Of a stretch of DNA of 27,966 nucleotides, positions 26,659-27,966 are shown piece after piece. The translations under genes and the position numbers were made by a program. Positions within the stretch are counted from its first letter, which is position 1, and each line of letters opens with the position of its first letter. The notes beneath the pieces were generated by a model. It searched no databases. It saw only the letters and a program-made list of their open reading frames with translations, and was not told the origin of the DNA. Source of the DNA: an uncultured archaeon (GTDB lineage: Archaea > Asgardarchaeota > Lokiarchaeia > Sigyniarchaeales > SOKP01). The stretch lies in the NCBI GenBank assembly GCA_964583985.1, contig CAZOYD010000025.1, forward strand, positions 1 to 27,966. The letters run 5' to 3'.

Positions 26659-26779
26659 ATTATGATCTTGATTTAAATCTTAATAAAAGTGATCCTTGAA
26701 TTTTTTGACATCATAGTAAAGATGGAATATAAAAATTCCTTGATAAGACTTATTATCTCTTCATTTTTCTAAATATACA

Positions 26780-27966
26780 ATGAATGGGCTTAGTCATGTC
26801 ATATTTTGTATAATAGATGATGTCCGATCTAGTCATTTTTACGATCTAATTGAAAGAGGATATCTTCCGAATATTAAGAAATTGATGGAAAATGGAATAT
26901 ATTCAAAAAATTGCATTACAGATTTTCCTTCTGTCACTTATCCAACTCAAGCGTCAATGATTACCGGTACCTTCACTGGGAATTTTCGGAAAGAGCCTTG
27001 CCATGGCGTCCCTAGTATGAATTGGCTGGATCGCGCTTTTGCTCCACCCAGATTACGATCTTATATGACCTATGGTACCGATAAGCGAATACAGATTTAT
27101 AAGATCAATGACGATCTTGGAGATAATTGTCAAACATTCTTAGAGATGGTTGGAGATGCCAACACTGCAAGCATAACTCAATTTATCAATCGTGGTGCTA
27201 AGTATTTTTATCCTGAAAGGAAATCCAAATTGGCATTATATTATTTATTGCTAAAGCACACGCGAAGAATTGAATATAACATCTGGAAGGCAAACACCGT
27301 GGTTGTTCATAAATTATTGGAGACGTTCAAACGACCAAAAAAATATTTTGCGACAAAGGAGGCTCCCCTGGCTAGTTTACTATGGTTTATGTCATCTGAT
27401 ATCTTGATGCATCTTTATGGTGTTGATTCTAACATCTATAAAAAGAATTTATATCACATTGACAAGGTGTTGGGATTATTTCTCAAAGAACTTAAGACAA
27501 TGGGATTATTAGATAGTACAGCTATCGCAATCGCTTCAGATCATGGAAATTATGCAGCAGATAAGATTGGAAATCTCAATGATTTCTTTGAGCGGAATGG
27601 ATTAACACATTTTCATCATAGAAAAAATCTCAATGGCAATATTGACGTAGCTGAATTTACTGGGGTGGGATTATTCAATTTTAGATCCCCGAATTTAAAT
27701 AAAAGAAGGTGGAATCACCCCTCAAATAAAGAACTTGAAAATTTTGGTCCAAAAAAAGTGAATTTATTCAATGAAATGTTCAAGATTGACGGAAGTGAAT
27801 TGATGTATTATCGAGGTGAGAATAACACGCTAAATTCGGGCACGATTCAAGTTCGTCAGAAAAGTTCACGAACAGGTGAAATTATTTCCGCATCTATCGA
27901 ATATAATGGGATTGGTAAGGATTACAAAACGAAATATTTACTTGAAAAGCCAGATCAAGATCCATT
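26780..27966 (+). CDS. Alkaline phosphatase superfamily, type I phosphodiesterase/nucleotide pyrophosphatase-like; runs off the window end
   Basis: Not in the ORF track because there is no stop in the window. My translation gives MNGLSHVIFCIIDDVRS...LPNIKKLMENG...TDFPSVTYPTQASMITG (Thr nucleophile), then SDILMHLYG and IASDHG. Confidence 0.85.
   Translation, partial: MNGLSHVIFCIIDDVRSSHFYDLIERGYLPNIKKLMENGIYSKNCITDFPSVTYPTQASMITGTFTGNFRKEPCHGVPSMNWLDRAFAPPRLRSYMTYGTDKRIQIYKINDDLGDNCQTFLEMVGDANTASITQFINRGAKYFYPERKSKLALYYLLLKHTRRIEYNIWKANTVVVHKLLETFKRPKKYFATKEAPLASLLWFMSSDILMHLYGVDSNIYKKNLYHIDKVLGLFLKELKTMGLLDSTAIAIASDHGNYAADKIGNLNDFFERNGLTHFHHRKNLNGNIDVAEFTGVGLFNFRSPNLNKRRWNHPSNKELENFGPKKVNLFNEMFKIDGSELMYYRGENNTLNSGTIQVRQKSSRTGEIISASIEYNGIGKDYKTKYLLEKPDQDP

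Noticed and set aside
24700-27966. Intact integrated element at tRNA-Thr
   Set aside because: No integrase, and no duplicate of the tRNA 3' end was seen by eye in the window. Housekeeping-type genes resume by 25324.

Overview
AT-rich archaeal chromosomal window. The PolB1-type polymerase, tetraether synthase, bulge-helix-bulge (BHB) tRNA introns and GGTGA-type ribosome-binding sites establish it as archaeal. The gene mix and several URO-D/corrinoid paralogues suggest an Asgard (Lokiarchaeia-like) organism, which is an inference. It holds about 23 protein genes. These include two URO-D/MtaA-superfamily proteins, a corrinoid protein, PncB, a membrane PHP hydrolase, an epoxide-hydrolase-like enzyme, pirin, a Tes-like radical SAM enzyme with a coupled small ORF, a SEC59/DGK1-type lipid kinase, a PD-(D/E)XK nuclease-XPD/DinG helicase fusion, DUF2804, PolB1, TldD/PmbA, an MFS transporter and a truncated NPP-family hydrolase. 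The ORF track misses several things. There is a tRNA-Thr(UGU) split by two 30-nt introns at non-canonical positions (D arm 22/23 and T loop 59/60). A tandem ubiquitin-like (MoaD/ThiS) gene is interrupted by a -1 frameshift in an A8 run. A 70-aa microprotein is built from two repeats. An HeH-SWIM-OB nucleic-acid-binding protein is also notable. No CRISPR array, transposase or integrase was seen.
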